Shown here in pieces: positions 39,140 to 51,893 of a stretch of DNA of 64,000 bases. Each line of letters begins with the position of its first letter. The stretch's first letter is position 1. Source of the stretch: Octopus sinensis (Eukaryota); the NCBI RefSeq assembly GCF_006345805.1, contig NC_043005.1:50840001-50904000 (forward strand), read 5' to 3'. The notes under the pieces are model-generated. The model had not been told where the DNA came from, did not search any database, and saw only the letters and a program-made list of their open reading frames with translations. Both the position numbers and the translations under genes were made by a program.

Positions 39140-39445
39140 CAACATTATTGCAGCGTAGCCATCAACATCATTGTTATCATCATCATCATTGTCATTATCA
39201 TCACCATTACCATTAACCTCATCCTCCTCCTCATCACCATCATCATTATCATCATCTTTATCCTTATCGTGTTCATGATCATCATCATCATCATCATCAC
39301 CATCATCACCATCATCACCATCACCATCACCGTCATCATCATCATCACCATCACCATCATCACCATCACCATCATCATCATCACCATCACCATCACCATC
39401 ATCATCATCATCATCATCATCATCGTCGTCGTCGTCGTCGTTATC
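39140..39445. repeat. (ATC/ACC)n trinucleotide tract
   Basis: Direct reading; explains the poly-Met/Ile pseudo-ORFs. Confidence 0.92.
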
Positions 39446-40409
39446 AGTGTTATCAAAGACTTAAAAACAACACACACACACATACATACACACACACACG
39501 CACACACACACACACACACACACAAATACACACACACACTCCTACACAACCATTCTTAATCTTCAGCACACACAGATCAGCCACACGCAACTTCATTTTC
39601 CTCCTTACTACAGATGTACTGCATCTCCGTCAGCATCAATAATAATCTTGGGACCATCCTTCAATGCAAACATAACACAGTCTCTTTCAATCGCGTAAGC
39701 ACACGATCACAAGGAAGTTGTAATAGCTTGGTCTTTCTAGTCGTAAATAACATCCTGCATACATAGTTATGTGTCGAAGAAGTTCCGTCCTTAACTGCTG
39801 AGTTCGAGCTCGCTGAATGGCACCTTGGGCCAGTAGGATTTATTTTCTTTTGGCTGTAGCTTCGGGAAACCAACATTTTTGTGTGAACAGAATTTGTTAG
39901 ACAACTGTGTGAGAGTTCGTCAAATGTATACACTAACAAAGAATAGCGTAGGTATATGGATGTGTATGTGTGTATCTGTGTGTCTGTGTGTGCATGTGTA
40001 TTCGTGTGTGTTGTGTGTGAGGGTATTTGTGTAACTGTATGTGTGCAGTGCCTATTAGAAAACGTAAGATGGTTTAACTGCAATCTTTTAAACCTTTCGC
40101 AGTGGAAATTGAAACAGCTGTAAATGCATCCTGTTACGCTCTTCCTAAACAAAACAATAAAGGAGAATGATTTGACATGCTTCGGAGTTTGTTACTTTAT
40201 TCCTCTACTCACTTATTCCCCCTTATTCCTCTGCTCACGAACAAAACTTATCAAATCACTATTTAAACCAATCACAAACCAAACTTAACTGTAAGGTTAC
40301 ACTAATCTTCATACGTGCACCTGTGGGCGACGCGATGAAATGATAGATGTTTTTGTACAATACAACGTGAATTAGAAAACCTATAATAAATTTCAAGCAG
40401 CTAAACTAT

Positions 40410-40553
40410 AGGCGCAGGCGTGGCTTCCTAACCACGTCCCAGGTTCAGTACCACTGCGTGACAACTTGGGCAGGTGTCTCCTACTATAGCTTCGAGCCGA
40501 CCAAAGCCTTGTGAGTGGATTCGGTAGGCGGAAACTGAAAGGACCCTGTCGTG

Positions 40554-40590
<37 letters not shown>

Positions 40591-40798
40591 CTTTGTGTCT
40601 GTGTTTGTTACCCCATCACCACTTGACAATCGGTGTTGGTGTGTTTATGTCCCCATAACTTAGCAGTTCGGCAAAAGACACCGATAGAATAAGTACTGGG
40701 CTTAAGAACATGTTCTGGGGTCCATTTGTTTGACTAAACCCCTTCAAAGTCGTGCCTCAGCATGGCTGCAGTCAAATGACTGAAACAAGTAAAAGAAT
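40410..40798 (+). mobile_element. SINE family A, near complete
   Basis: ggcgcaggcgtggc...ggttcagtaccactgcg...ggcggaaactgaaagg...cagtcaaatgactgaaacaagtaaaag. Confidence 0.88.
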
Positions 40799-41660
40799 AT
40801 AGTTTCGAAGCTGTTCATTACGGAACTCTGAATAGATATATATATTAACCTGGTATCCATTTTATACGTACGCCGCCATCTTATAATATTGAACAGGGAA
40901 CATTCTATAATGTACTCCAAAATAGTTCTAAATGACGTGATGCTACCGCCTGAAGCACCTTTGATCATAGGTCTGTTCAGTCATATTTCACTGGTGTTGA
41001 ACAAGAAGAACAAAAACAAGAATATAGGGCTCTTTCATCAGACAACGAAAAACCCCCTATGTAGTCGCTTGACCTGCTCGTAACAACAGCCAAATCTTTC
41101 AACGAACGACACCCTAATGGCTTAAGAAAAATAAAAGAAGAAACAAGTAAGCTAATGTAGCCGGAGAGTAAAAAATGATGTGGTGGTCACGGCAAGAAAC
41201 ACTTTGCTCTTACGTCTGCTCTAAGGAGACTGGTATGAAGTGCAACAACATCAGCATTAGCAGCAGCAGCATCACCACTAACAACAACAAGTATCATTGA
41301 CCTCATGCAAAAATATATCTATTCTACAGAAACCACAACGGCAACAATAAGGATAAGTGCACTCAGAGCAACAACAATCAATTACAACAGGAGCGAAAAA
41401 TCCATATACATAATTAATTTGAAGGTGTGAGATTATAGAACTGCAATTACATAGATTTAATTATGAAATTTCATTGTAAGCAAAACAATGTATTGGTTTT
41501 ACGTACACACACATGCACACACGCAAATGCATATACATACATACATACATACATATATATGTACATATATAATATATATATATATATATTATATATATCA
41601 GATGATAGATAGATAGATAGATATATAGATAGAGATAGATAGATAGATAGATAGCTATAT

Positions 41661-41692
<32 letters not shown>

Positions 41693-41699
41693 ATATATG

Positions 41700-42005
41700 A
41701 TTTTGATTTTTTTTTCGTAATGAGATAAAAAATAAAACCAAGGCTGTGTAGATTTTAGAACATTTATATATAGAAGGTCTTACAGCTGTTTCCAGGATAT
41801 TTATTATATCCCTTCATGGGAGATGGTGTGAGAGGATGGTTAAGTAATAGTTAATTTAGATAAGATACAAAATAGATAGTAAGGCGGAGGAAAGAAAATA
41901 GATGTGTGATATGTAGGGATATTGAATTTGTAGATCCATTTATTTGGCAGGATGGTATACATGTAAGATTCCAATACCTTCATGAGTAAAATCCAACAGT
42001 ACATA
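41700..42005 (-). mobile_element. (TA)n-flanked ~300-bp element with a degenerate hammerhead-like motif (probable PLE tail)
   Basis: Minus 41827-41776 reads atct-CCCATGA-A-GGGATAT/aataa/ATATCCT-G-GAAAC-AGCT-GTA-aga; (TA)n on both sides. Confidence 0.6.
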
Positions 42006-42006
42006 T

Positions 42007-42074
<68 letters not shown>

Positions 42075-42081
42075 GGTGGGT

Positions 42082-42300
42082 GTACGATAGGGTGCTGAAA
42101 GGTTCTTGACTTTGGATAAGAGAAAATACAGGAGGATTACTTAATTATAATTCCATTCAACATATTCCTCCCTCAGATTCACATACTTAGTACGGCAGTC
42201 CTTTAATTTTTCAAAGCCATATAAAAGAACTCGAAAGATTGGGCCACCAAGCAGGCTTTCGTGATACCCGTAAAGCCAGGAATTTTCAGCACCTTTCCTA
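42082..42300. mobile_element. Mariner-type MITE, copy 3
   Basis: tacgatagggtgctgaaaggttcttgacttt ... aaagccaggaattttcagcacctttccta. Confidence 0.8.
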
Positions 42301-42418
42301 TATGTGTGCATGCATGTATGTATGTATTGATAGATGGATGGATGGATGGATGGATGGATACAAACATATATTTACATATATATTGCACACGCATACACAC
42401 ATGCATATATATATATAT

Positions 42419-42572
42419 ACAGGGAAAGTTTACGAAAATAAACAAAAGACGAAGGCAGGTGGAGGAATAGAAAAAGTCTTTTACGTTTCGAGCCTACGCT
42501 CTTGGACAGAAAGATACACAGAAAAAAAACAAGGAGAGAAAAAAATGCGTGTAGTAGCTAACGATCTATCAT
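42419..42572 (-). mobile_element. ~200-bp hammerhead-like element, internally deleted copy
   Basis: Reverse complement of the 56528-56722 family; core reads CTGTCCA-A-GAGC-GTAG-GCTC-GAAAC-GTA-AAAGA. Confidence 0.8.
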
Positions 42573-42697
42573 GGCGTCTTGACTTTGGACAATGGTCAGA
42601 CGCGAGAGGGACAGTAGGGGAGATAACAGGGTCAAGTGACTTCCAATACGAAGGTGCCCCCAACACACACACACACACACACACACCACACACACAC

Positions 42698-42730
<33 letters not shown>

Positions 42731-43451
42731 GCACACACACACACATAAATGTAATGTATGCTGGAGTCTGCACACACACACACAGATACACATATACACA
42801 CACATACACATGTACATGTGTCTGGTCGTATATATTTGTGCATACAAATACAAAAAATACATACATATATATATTCTCGTTTCTTTAATTTACATACACG
42901 TAAAGTCATAGCACCTATCACTTGTTGATTCGTTGTGCACTGTCAATGACTCAATACCTCGTTTTGATAAACTAAGATTATGCAACCTAGCTTCAGATGA
43001 TATCATGATATTGCAAGAACAGCATTATTGTTATTATTATAAAGGAAAAATCAGTTTGCGTTAATGAATTCGCAACGAATCTATACATAAAGAAGTCTCA
43101 CCATGAAAACAAAACACAGGAGGTGTGCTAGTGAACCGTTACACATCTTAGGTCTTTATTTTCCTTATTTGGTCAATTTCCCGTTATCGTGTTTTCCACG
43201 ATATGATTGTGTTGGTGCGTATTTCAATGTAAGATCAACTGGCGTAGAGAACTGCGAAAAAAATAAACTTTCCTCCATTGTGGTCTGTGGTTATAATGCG
43301 GAGGGAGCTTCAGTATTTATGATAAATTTACCCCGTCTTTGATGAGTGGGCAGCGCTCCTCTAGCTTGGCGGAATATACGTTACTGATATAAATATACAC
43401 ATATACCCAAACGCGGATACGTACATACATACGCACGCACGCACACGCACA

Positions 43452-43482
<31 letters not shown>

Positions 43483-43569
43483 TTATCCCAATACACGTGG
43501 ACTGTTGGCGATTTTCCTCCTTCTTCCTCTTATTTTGACTGTCCTGCCTTTTTATACGTTTTTTTTGTC

Positions 43570-43598
43570 AACTTTATATATATTATATATATATATGT

Positions 43599-43654
<56 letters not shown>

Positions 43655-43661
43655 GATATAG

Positions 43662-43716
<55 letters not shown>

Positions 43717-43717
43717 G

Positions 43718-43764
<47 letters not shown>

Positions 43765-43827
43765 GGTACATACATAGATATACACGAATGCATGCATATA
43801 CATATGTGCATACACAGACACATACAT

Positions 43828-43873
<46 letters not shown>

Positions 43874-43900
43874 GGTATATACATATGCATATTTTATATA
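43570..43900. repeat. (TA)n-(GATA)n-(TA)n compound microsatellite
   Basis: Direct reading. Confidence 0.95.
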
Positions 43901-44159
43901 TTATATATATTAAAGTGGGTATTAGCGATTTGAAAACTAAAAGGCGCAAGCACAAACGACACTAAAGTGACTAAGGGTGCAAATCAGGAAAATTTTGCTA
44001 GAAATAAGAGTCAAAATAAGTCTAAGTCACGAACAAAGCACTTATCCATTGACTAATGAGGGAGAGCAACCGCTGTACTGCAAGCGAGGAGTGTTAGATC
44101 ATCAAGGATTTCAGATTGAATTAATCCTCATCAGTGACACTATATATATATATATATAT

Positions 44160-44390
44160 TTCTTTATTACCCACAAGGGGCTAAACATAGAGGGGACAAA
44201 CAAGGACAGACAAAGGAATTAAATCGATTACATCTACCCCAGTACGTAACTGGTACTTAATTTATCGATCCCGAAAGGATGAAAGGCAAAGTCGACCTCG
44301 GCGGGCTTTGAACTCAGAACGTAACGGCAGACGAAATACGGCTACGCGTTTCGCCCGGCGTGCTAACGTTTCTGCCAGCTCGCCGCCTTT
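44160..44390 (-). mobile_element. SINE family B, apparently full length
   Basis: Minus strand aaggcggcgagctggcagaaacgttagcacgccgggcgaaacg...gtcgactttgcctttcatcctttcggg...gtttagccccttgtgggtaataaagaaa. Confidence 0.9.
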
Positions 44391-44823
44391 CCCAGTGACA
44401 CTGTGTGTGTGTGTGTGAGTATGTGTGTGTGTATGTGTGTGTGTGTGTGTGTATACATGGCATCCGCTGGGTCATATATTTATAGTAAAGCTGAGTGCTA
44501 GCACTAATCATGCTTTCTCGTACATAGCGTATCGAAATTTCCTATTCGCATTATCTGTCGCTGGGGAATAGTACTGTAACCACCGAATTATTTATTACCT
44601 ATAATTAGTCGATAAGCTATTTTATAAGTTACACTTCGATTTAGATCAGCTGAGAAATTCTGCTGATTTCATGTGAGCTTATTATCTGATAGATTATGGG
44701 CCTAATGGATTGATTAATTATAGGTTAATTGAAACAAAAAACGTTCATTTTACTACGTATATCCCGCACAGTACGAACGGTTTTGTGTTCTAATCCTGCG
44801 TGACCGATAGCTATATATTTATC

Positions 44824-45091
44824 GGCTAGAGTGCTTCTCAACTATGTTCTTCCCTATGGACCCCTTTCATTCCTATTTTACTCGGTTGGACTTCCTTTCC
44901 GATAACCATTCGATGTTTAAGTCATATTATATTTTTGTAATTAAATGTTATTAGGGATAGTGAAAAAAAATCAAAATATTTTATGTATTGTAGAAGTGCA
45001 GCCAATTTATTGCAAATGAATCTTAACAACATAATCTCACATGAACCCCTAAGGGCCTTCAGGACTCCGGTTGAAAACCACTAGGCTAGAG
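44824..45091. mobile_element. hAT (Charlie-like) MITE, ~250 bp, 8-bp TSD GGCTAGAG
   Basis: Left end ggctagag|tgcttctcaac, right end gttgaaaaccacta|ggctagag; termini resemble the CAGTGGTTCTCAAC hAT TIR, with the first bases of the left TIR lost; TSD at 44824-44831 and 45084-45091. Confidence 0.7.
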
Positions 45092-45691
45092 TGAGATTCG
45101 TACTTTGGTCTACCTGATGAAATGAAATCTCTAAGAAGCATACATTTGTTGCCAGAGAGAATTGTACAACTCTGAGAATAATACTTATCAGATTTTTCTT
45201 TCATATTGTGTATCGAAATTTCCTTTCTGTTTTAGTTCTCGCAAGGGACTAACAGAGCAACGGGTTACAAAATTATTGAATTATCTATAATTAGTACAGA
45301 GCTCTTTTGTGAGATGAGCTGAGATGTACTCTAATGAGTTCATGTGAGTCTTATTAACACGTGTGTGTGTGTGTGTACGTGAATAAATGTGTGCGTATAT
45401 ATATATATAAGGTTAATCCAAACGGGAAAACAGAAAAAACAACAACACGTGGAACAATTACAGTATTATTATTATTAGGCGCTCAGGAAAATGGAAGAAG
45501 GAGGGTATATATATATATACGTCTGTATATACGCACACACGCATCCATCCATCCATATATGTGTGTGAGTGTGTGTGTATTTTTATATACAAAACACATA
45601 GATACATAAATACATAAATACATGCATTTATAAATATATATATTCATGTAGACAGACAGACAGACAGACAGACAGATAGATAAATAGATAT

Positions 45692-45722
<31 letters not shown>

Positions 45723-45746
45723 TAATAGATAGATATAGATAGATAA

Positions 45747-45849
<103 letters not shown>

Positions 45850-46094
45850 TACACACGCACATGAAGCACACATACTACCCACCCTATGACGGATGGCAAC
45901 TATAATTATCAACATGGCAACAACCACACCAACCACAGTCTTCTTTAACACAACCCGAGCCACTTCATTAAGTGCATCTGCAACAATAATCACCGCAATA
46001 ATAAATACCACAAGAATCATGTATGTAAGCAAAGATAACCAATAGAAACTCGGTCACCACCAATATATAACAACGAAAGCCATAATCCTTTCTG

Positions 46095-46540
46095 CTATGG
46101 GCACACGGCGCGAAATTTTGTTGGGGAAGAGTGGCTAGTGAATTACATCGACTCAAGTGCTCGACTGGTACTTGTTTGTTCGACTTCGAAAGGGTAAAAG
46201 GAAATGTCGACTTCAGCAGAATTTGAACTCAGAACGTAAAGCTGGAAGAAATGTTGCTAAGCTTTTTTTTATCCGGCGGTCAAACAATTTTGCCAGCTCA
46301 CCATCTTTACACCTAAAATCATATTCTTTTCTGCTATAGACATAAATCCTGAAATTTTTTAAGGGAGAAAGTAATCGCTTACATTGACCTCAGTGCTTAA
46401 GTGGTACTTGTTTTATCGACTCTGAAAGGCTGAAAAGCAAAGTCGACTTCAATGGGATTTGAACTCAGAAAGTAAAGACGAACGAAGTTGCACTAAGTAT
46501 TTTGCTCAGTTCTAACGGTTCTACCGGCTCGCTACCTTAA
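46095..46540 (-). mobile_element. Two tandem SINE family B copies
   Basis: Two iterations of ...ggtacttg...aaaagtcgact...tttgaactcagaa.gtaaag...cagctc at about 46095-46305 and 46345-46540. Confidence 0.8.
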
Positions 46541-46599
46541 CACCTAAAAATCAAAAGAACCGCAATTTAATTCTCCAAATGATAGTCTTGATGAAACTT

Positions 46600-47850
46600 A
46601 AACTATTGTTACCACCACTACGCGCATAAATATTACAACTATTCTTAGTCTCTACACCAAGCTTAGCCAGCATATATATGAACACTAAAGCTACAAGAAT
46701 CATCGAAATTATCAGGAACAAACTCTAATAACCAGAGTCTTAACCATAGTCTCTACAATTGACATGATTATCATAACCACCACACACAAAACCATTATAA
46801 CTATTAAAACCGCACCTCGGTCTAAACTAACAGAAATATTGAAACTAAAGCCACCAGAATCATCGTATTTATCACAAACAACCACTTCAACAACCAGTGT
46901 TTTAACCATACTTCAATCATAACCACTAGCACTCTGTCGGTTACGACTATAAGGGTTCCAGTTGATCCGATCAACAGAACGCCCTGCTCGTGAAATTAAC
47001 ATGCATTTGGCTGGGCACTCACAAACACGTGTACCCTTAACGTAGTTCTCAGGGAGATTCAGTATGACATATGGCCCTTTTAATTACAGGTACTGCTCGT
47101 TTTTTTGCCAGCTGATTAGACTGGAGCAACGTGAAATAAAGTGTCTTGCTCAAGAACACGACGCATCACCGGGAATTGAACTCACGGCCTTACGATCGTT
47201 AGTCGAATATCCTAACCACTAAGCCACGCGCTCTCACTGTTACGATCATCGTAATCATCATAACCAGCGCACATACGCAGAACCATTTAACTAATGCTCT
47301 GGTCTTCACTAATACAAATACGACCATTACTGCTACCAGAATGATCATAATTATCGCAGATAATCACAATGACAACAAGAATCTTAATCATCCTGTTTAT
47401 AATTATCATAGTTATCATAAGCATAGCACGTGAAATCTTTAATACTATTCTAACCATCCAATCTGAACTAAAACAAATACGACCATTAAAGCGACTAGTA
47501 TCGTCGTAATTACTACAAACAACCACTACAACTAAAAGAGTCTTAACTATATACTCTGTATCCATTACAACTATCATTGTTAATATAAACACTGCACGCA
47601 CAAGCATTAAAACTACTACACCCCCTACCCACCCAATCTCAGTTAAGACAAATGCGGCCACTAAAGTCACAAAAAAAAAAGCGTCATAAGTATCACAAGC
47701 AATCAATACAGCAACTAGTCTTCACTATAACTTCTAATATCACTGCAATCCTCATAATTATTATAACTGTCACTAATATCAATATGAACTCTAAAGCCAC
47801 CAGAAACACCATAATTATCAGAAACAAACACTTTAACTACCATATCCTAT
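46600..47850. repeat. Degenerate minisatellite-like array interrupted by a SINE
   Basis: Recurring unit aa(c)taaagc(c)accagaatcatcgtaattatcac/gaaacaaccact..aa..agtcttaaccata at about 46685, 46845, 47330, 47490 and 47790. Confidence 0.6.
46935..47235 (-). mobile_element. SINE family C
   Basis: gggttccagttgatccgatc...gtacccttaacgtagttctc...gtcttgctcaagaacac...gggaattgaactcac...taaccactaagccacgcgc. Confidence 0.85.
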
Positions 47851-47855
47851 TTGTA

Positions 47856-48082
47856 GAGGTGCGTGTCTTAGTGGTGAGAGTGTTGGACTCATGATCGTAA
47901 GATTGTGGTTTCAATTCCTGGACCGGGCGACGATTTGTGTTCTTGAACAAAACACCTCATTTCATCTTGCTCCAGTCCACTCAGCTGGCAAAAATGAGTA
48001 ATTCTGCGACAAACCAGCGTCCCGTCCAGGTAGGGAAACCGGCCCCTATGAGTCGGCATAACTCGATAAGATAACTTTACCT
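47856..48082 (+). mobile_element. SINE family C head and body with a third tail type
   Basis: ggtgcgtgtcttagtggtgagag...ggtttcaattcctggaccggg...gctccagtccactcagctggc...gcgtcccgtccagg...ggcccctatgagtcg...actttacct. Confidence 0.8.
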
Positions 48083-48237
48083 CATCTTTGTATCCTATTA
48101 GTTATTAATTAACTACAAACAAATTCCGCAGAGGTCAGCTTTGCGTTTCATATTTTCGGGGTCGATAAAATAACTACCAGTTGAACACTAGGATCGATGC
48201 AATTGACTTAACCCCACCCTTTGAAACCATTAATTAA

Positions 48238-48274
<37 letters not shown>

Positions 48275-48294
48275 ATAGCCACAGGTATTGAATA

Positions 48295-48490
48295 TACGAA
48301 GGCATGCTGATAGTTCTTGGCTTTGGGTAAAAGAAAATGTAGAAGGATCAGTTAATTCTCAGAGTTCCACACTTATTGCAACGGTCCTTCGGTTTTTCTA
48401 AGCCCTTTAAAACAACGCGGAAAGTTGGGCCTGCAATCAGGGCTTTCGCGACACCCTTAGAACCAGGAACTTTTCAGCACTCATCTGGTA
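48295..48490. mobile_element. Mariner-type MITE, copy 4
   Basis: tacgaaggcatgctgatagttcttggcttt ... gaaccaggaacttttcagcactcatctggta. Confidence 0.75.
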
Positions 48491-48519
48491 TGTAACCAGA
48501 CCCTCAACAACCACAAAAC

Positions 48520-49150
48520 AACAGATGCACCACCCCACCACCATGATTAATACTACGGCTAGTATCACGAGAACATTGCTCCTACTATTTCGAGCAGTGT
48601 CACCACTACATCACCAACAACATCGCATTACCGCTATCATAACAACATCATTGATACAACTATTGCCTCCTCTATTATCGCCACCACCATCACCACTGGC
48701 AATATTTACTAATTACTACCACCACTACCACCGTAACAGCAACATCACCATTACCACTATCGCCACCACTTCCAGCACCAGCACCAGCACCACCACCACC
48801 ACCACCACCACTTCCACCATCAGCACAACCACCGCCGCCATCTCCACAACAATCACTACCATCACCACCACCACCAGCATCACGACCATCGTCACCACCC
48901 CTACCCCCCCACCACCATCACAACCATCACCAATAGCACCATCAACATCACAACCACCACAACAGTGACAACATTGCTTAATTACTAGCAGCGCTACAAA
49001 CATCGCAATAGCATCACCATTACAACTACTACCCACACCAACCACGGTAACAACACTGTCACCACAGCCTCCACTACAAACGCATCAACAATATCTCCAC
49101 TACTACCACCACCACCACCACACCACCACCACCATCACAACGACAACAAC
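48520..49150. repeat. (ACC/ATC/AAC)n low-complexity tract
   Basis: Direct reading; explains the Thr/Val-rich pseudo-ORFs. Confidence 0.9.
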
Positions 49151-49634
49151 AACCTTTGCTATATATGCTTGTACGTAACAGCGATTGTAAAGCTACATCT
49201 CAGAGTAGTTGCTTTCACATTCCCAAACATTTGTATTACACCAATATTTTCCACCGCCGCCGCCACAACAACCATCACCGAGAGACAACGAGAGAGTATC
49301 TGCGTAGCCGGTCGGCGTGCCAGAAATAGAAGCCAAATCTCCTTCAAAATCATACCTCATCGTCATGAGGTGTGATTCAAGCTCAACAACAGACCAGTGG
49401 CTATCGTTGACCTGAATCGCCTTCATATAAGAAACAGGGTGAACGATTGCAGTTGGAATGTTTTCGGTTATAATCCTTCCCCACACCACACACACTTTAT
49501 CAGGGATATATATATATATTATATATATATATATATATAGATATATATATATATTATATATATATATATATATATAGACGTTTAAATATTTGTTGTGCAA
49601 GATTTTTTATGTGAAGTCGTGTGTGTGTGAAACA

Positions 49635-49967
49635 GATATTGTTGTATTTAGGAATGGTCATTTTGCCAGTTTAGCCAATAAAAACACACGCACTATATAT
49701 TTGGTGTTACTTTGCTTCAGTGTTATTTATTTTTTACATTAATCTTAATCTTATTTCGGCCAGAGTTCTTTCGTCACACTCCTGTGACCGCATCAGTGGT
49801 CCTTTGTTTTCTTCTTACTTATTTGTGTCTCTCCTTACTAACCGCCAGAACTCTGGCCGATTAATGTAAAAAATAAATAACACTGAAGCAAAGTAACACC
49901 AAATATATAGTGCGTGTGTTTTTATTGGCTAAACTGGCAAAATGACCATTCCTAAATACAACAATAT
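49635..49967. mobile_element. Fold-back element: ~110-bp inverted arms around a hammerhead-like motif (probable PLE tail with inverted duplication)
   Basis: atattgttgtatttagg...ttttttacattaatc (about 49635-49744) is the reverse complement of about 49858-49967; inner IR tcggccagagttct/agaactctggccga; HHR-like motif at 49758-49802 on minus. Confidence 0.8.
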
Positions 49968-50185
49968 ATATATATATATATATATATCGTTATTATTATG
50001 TTAAACTGCCGTGTGTCCAAATTTGTCCAAATAGCCTGCTCTTTTGGTCAAACTGTCGTATCTCCAACTGCTTCAGATACCAAGATATCAAAAATTGCCA
50101 AAGTGTAGTACAGCGGTGAAACTATTCTTTCGTTTTCTGAAAAAGCAACGTTTTTGACATACGACACTTTTGCATACTAGCAACG

Positions 50186-50243
<58 letters not shown>

Positions 50244-50258
50244 ATCTATGTATCTATC

Positions 50259-50315
<57 letters not shown>

Positions 50316-50621
50316 GAGGGAGAGAAAGACAGATAGATATATAGATAGATAGATATACTTTCGTAGTTGTACAATTCAGTTTCATTTAAAGTTTGCCGTA
50401 GATGAGCCTACACGTTGTTAAATAACTTCCCTTTGAAATTCTCCCTGAGGATATACCTAATTCACTGGTTTCCAATGTGGAATTTCGTTTTTGATATTAA
50501 AGAATTGTGTATCGATACAGTTGTAGGTAAGAATTTCTATGTATGAGTTGAATGTCTTTAAATAAAAACATCTTACGTAAACTTTTATCCATTTTTCTTC
50601 GTTTCTTATATATATATATAT

Positions 50622-50660
<39 letters not shown>

Positions 50661-50736
50661 ATGTATGTATGCATGTATGATGTTGTAGTATGTTTTTTAT
50701 ATGTATGTAGTATGTATGTATGTATGTATGTATATA

Positions 50737-50772
<36 letters not shown>

Positions 50773-51031
50773 AGTCTATATATATATAATATATATCTAT
50801 ATACGTACATAGATATATATATTATACATATAGTATAATATATACTTGTAATACATAAAATAAAACAGGGCACTCAAGACATTTAATTGGAGTTACATGT
50901 ATTATTCAAGACAGTTTGATTCAGTTCTGCGCCATTTAAATGATATATATATTCTTTGTTTAACAGTTTAACATAATAACGGTTTAACAGTTTAACATAA
51001 TAATAAACGGCAGTTTAACATAATAATAACG

Positions 51032-51063
<32 letters not shown>

Positions 51064-51559
51064 ATTTAGGAATGGTCATTTTGCACCCTAAAGCATAGAG
51101 CACTAATGTATTTATAAGAAGTTAAGTCTATGTCCGGTCATCTACAAAGGGCTTAGCCCTGTGAACATTTCTTCAGACTCTAAAGCCGAAAACAAATCTA
51201 ACTCTTCCCCTCTGGAAGGCAGGATTTCGGTAGGGTCACTTGGTCAGTAAGTCACCAAAGAATAAATAGCCTCTCCCTCTCTCTCGCTCTCTCTCTCCCT
51301 ACATATAAATGTGCGTGCGTGTGTATGTGTACGTAAATGTATTTATGCATACACACACACACACACACACAGATATATATATATATAGATAAGAAAGTTG
51401 GTTTGTGAAAGCACGTGGTTGAATATATAGAAAATAGTAAAAAGTGAAAAAACTACAGAAGGCTTAAATGTTAAAAAATATATATTTGCGTCAATATGTC
51501 TGAAGAATATTAAAAAATTTTTGAAGAATATTAAAAAAAAATTTTTTGTCTTATAATGA

Positions 51560-51893
51560 CATAATTTAGAAGAAAGACCGGTTTCGCGTTTAGCTTTTCA
51601 AATTTCTTGCGACGTTATGTTTATGTTAAACAGGGTTATCGTTATGTTTATGTTCAAAAGTGTTAATAAATAAATTTACCATCGTGTTTTTTCCATTTTA
51701 ATGAATTTTTTCGCTATTATATAAGGGAGTAACTCTCTAAAAATGTCTACGATGAGTCAACGATTTAAAAAAAAAATTACCATCATTATTTTCATTTTAA
51801 TGCATTTTTGCTATTTTTTGGCTATAACTCTCTAAAAAATGTTATATAGTTATTCTCTTACAAACCCGTGCAACGCCGGGCGATACTGCTAGT
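51560..51893 (+). mobile_element. Helitron 3' end
   Basis: Subterminal hairpin cccg-tgcaacgc-cggg (51865-51880) followed by CTAG|T (51889-51893); 5' boundary not located. Confidence 0.75.

Noticed and set aside
40871-40882. YY1-like CCGCCATCTT motif, and TATA-like words near 38560 and 38650
   Set aside because: Isolated short motifs expected by chance in AT-rich DNA, with no supporting promoter context
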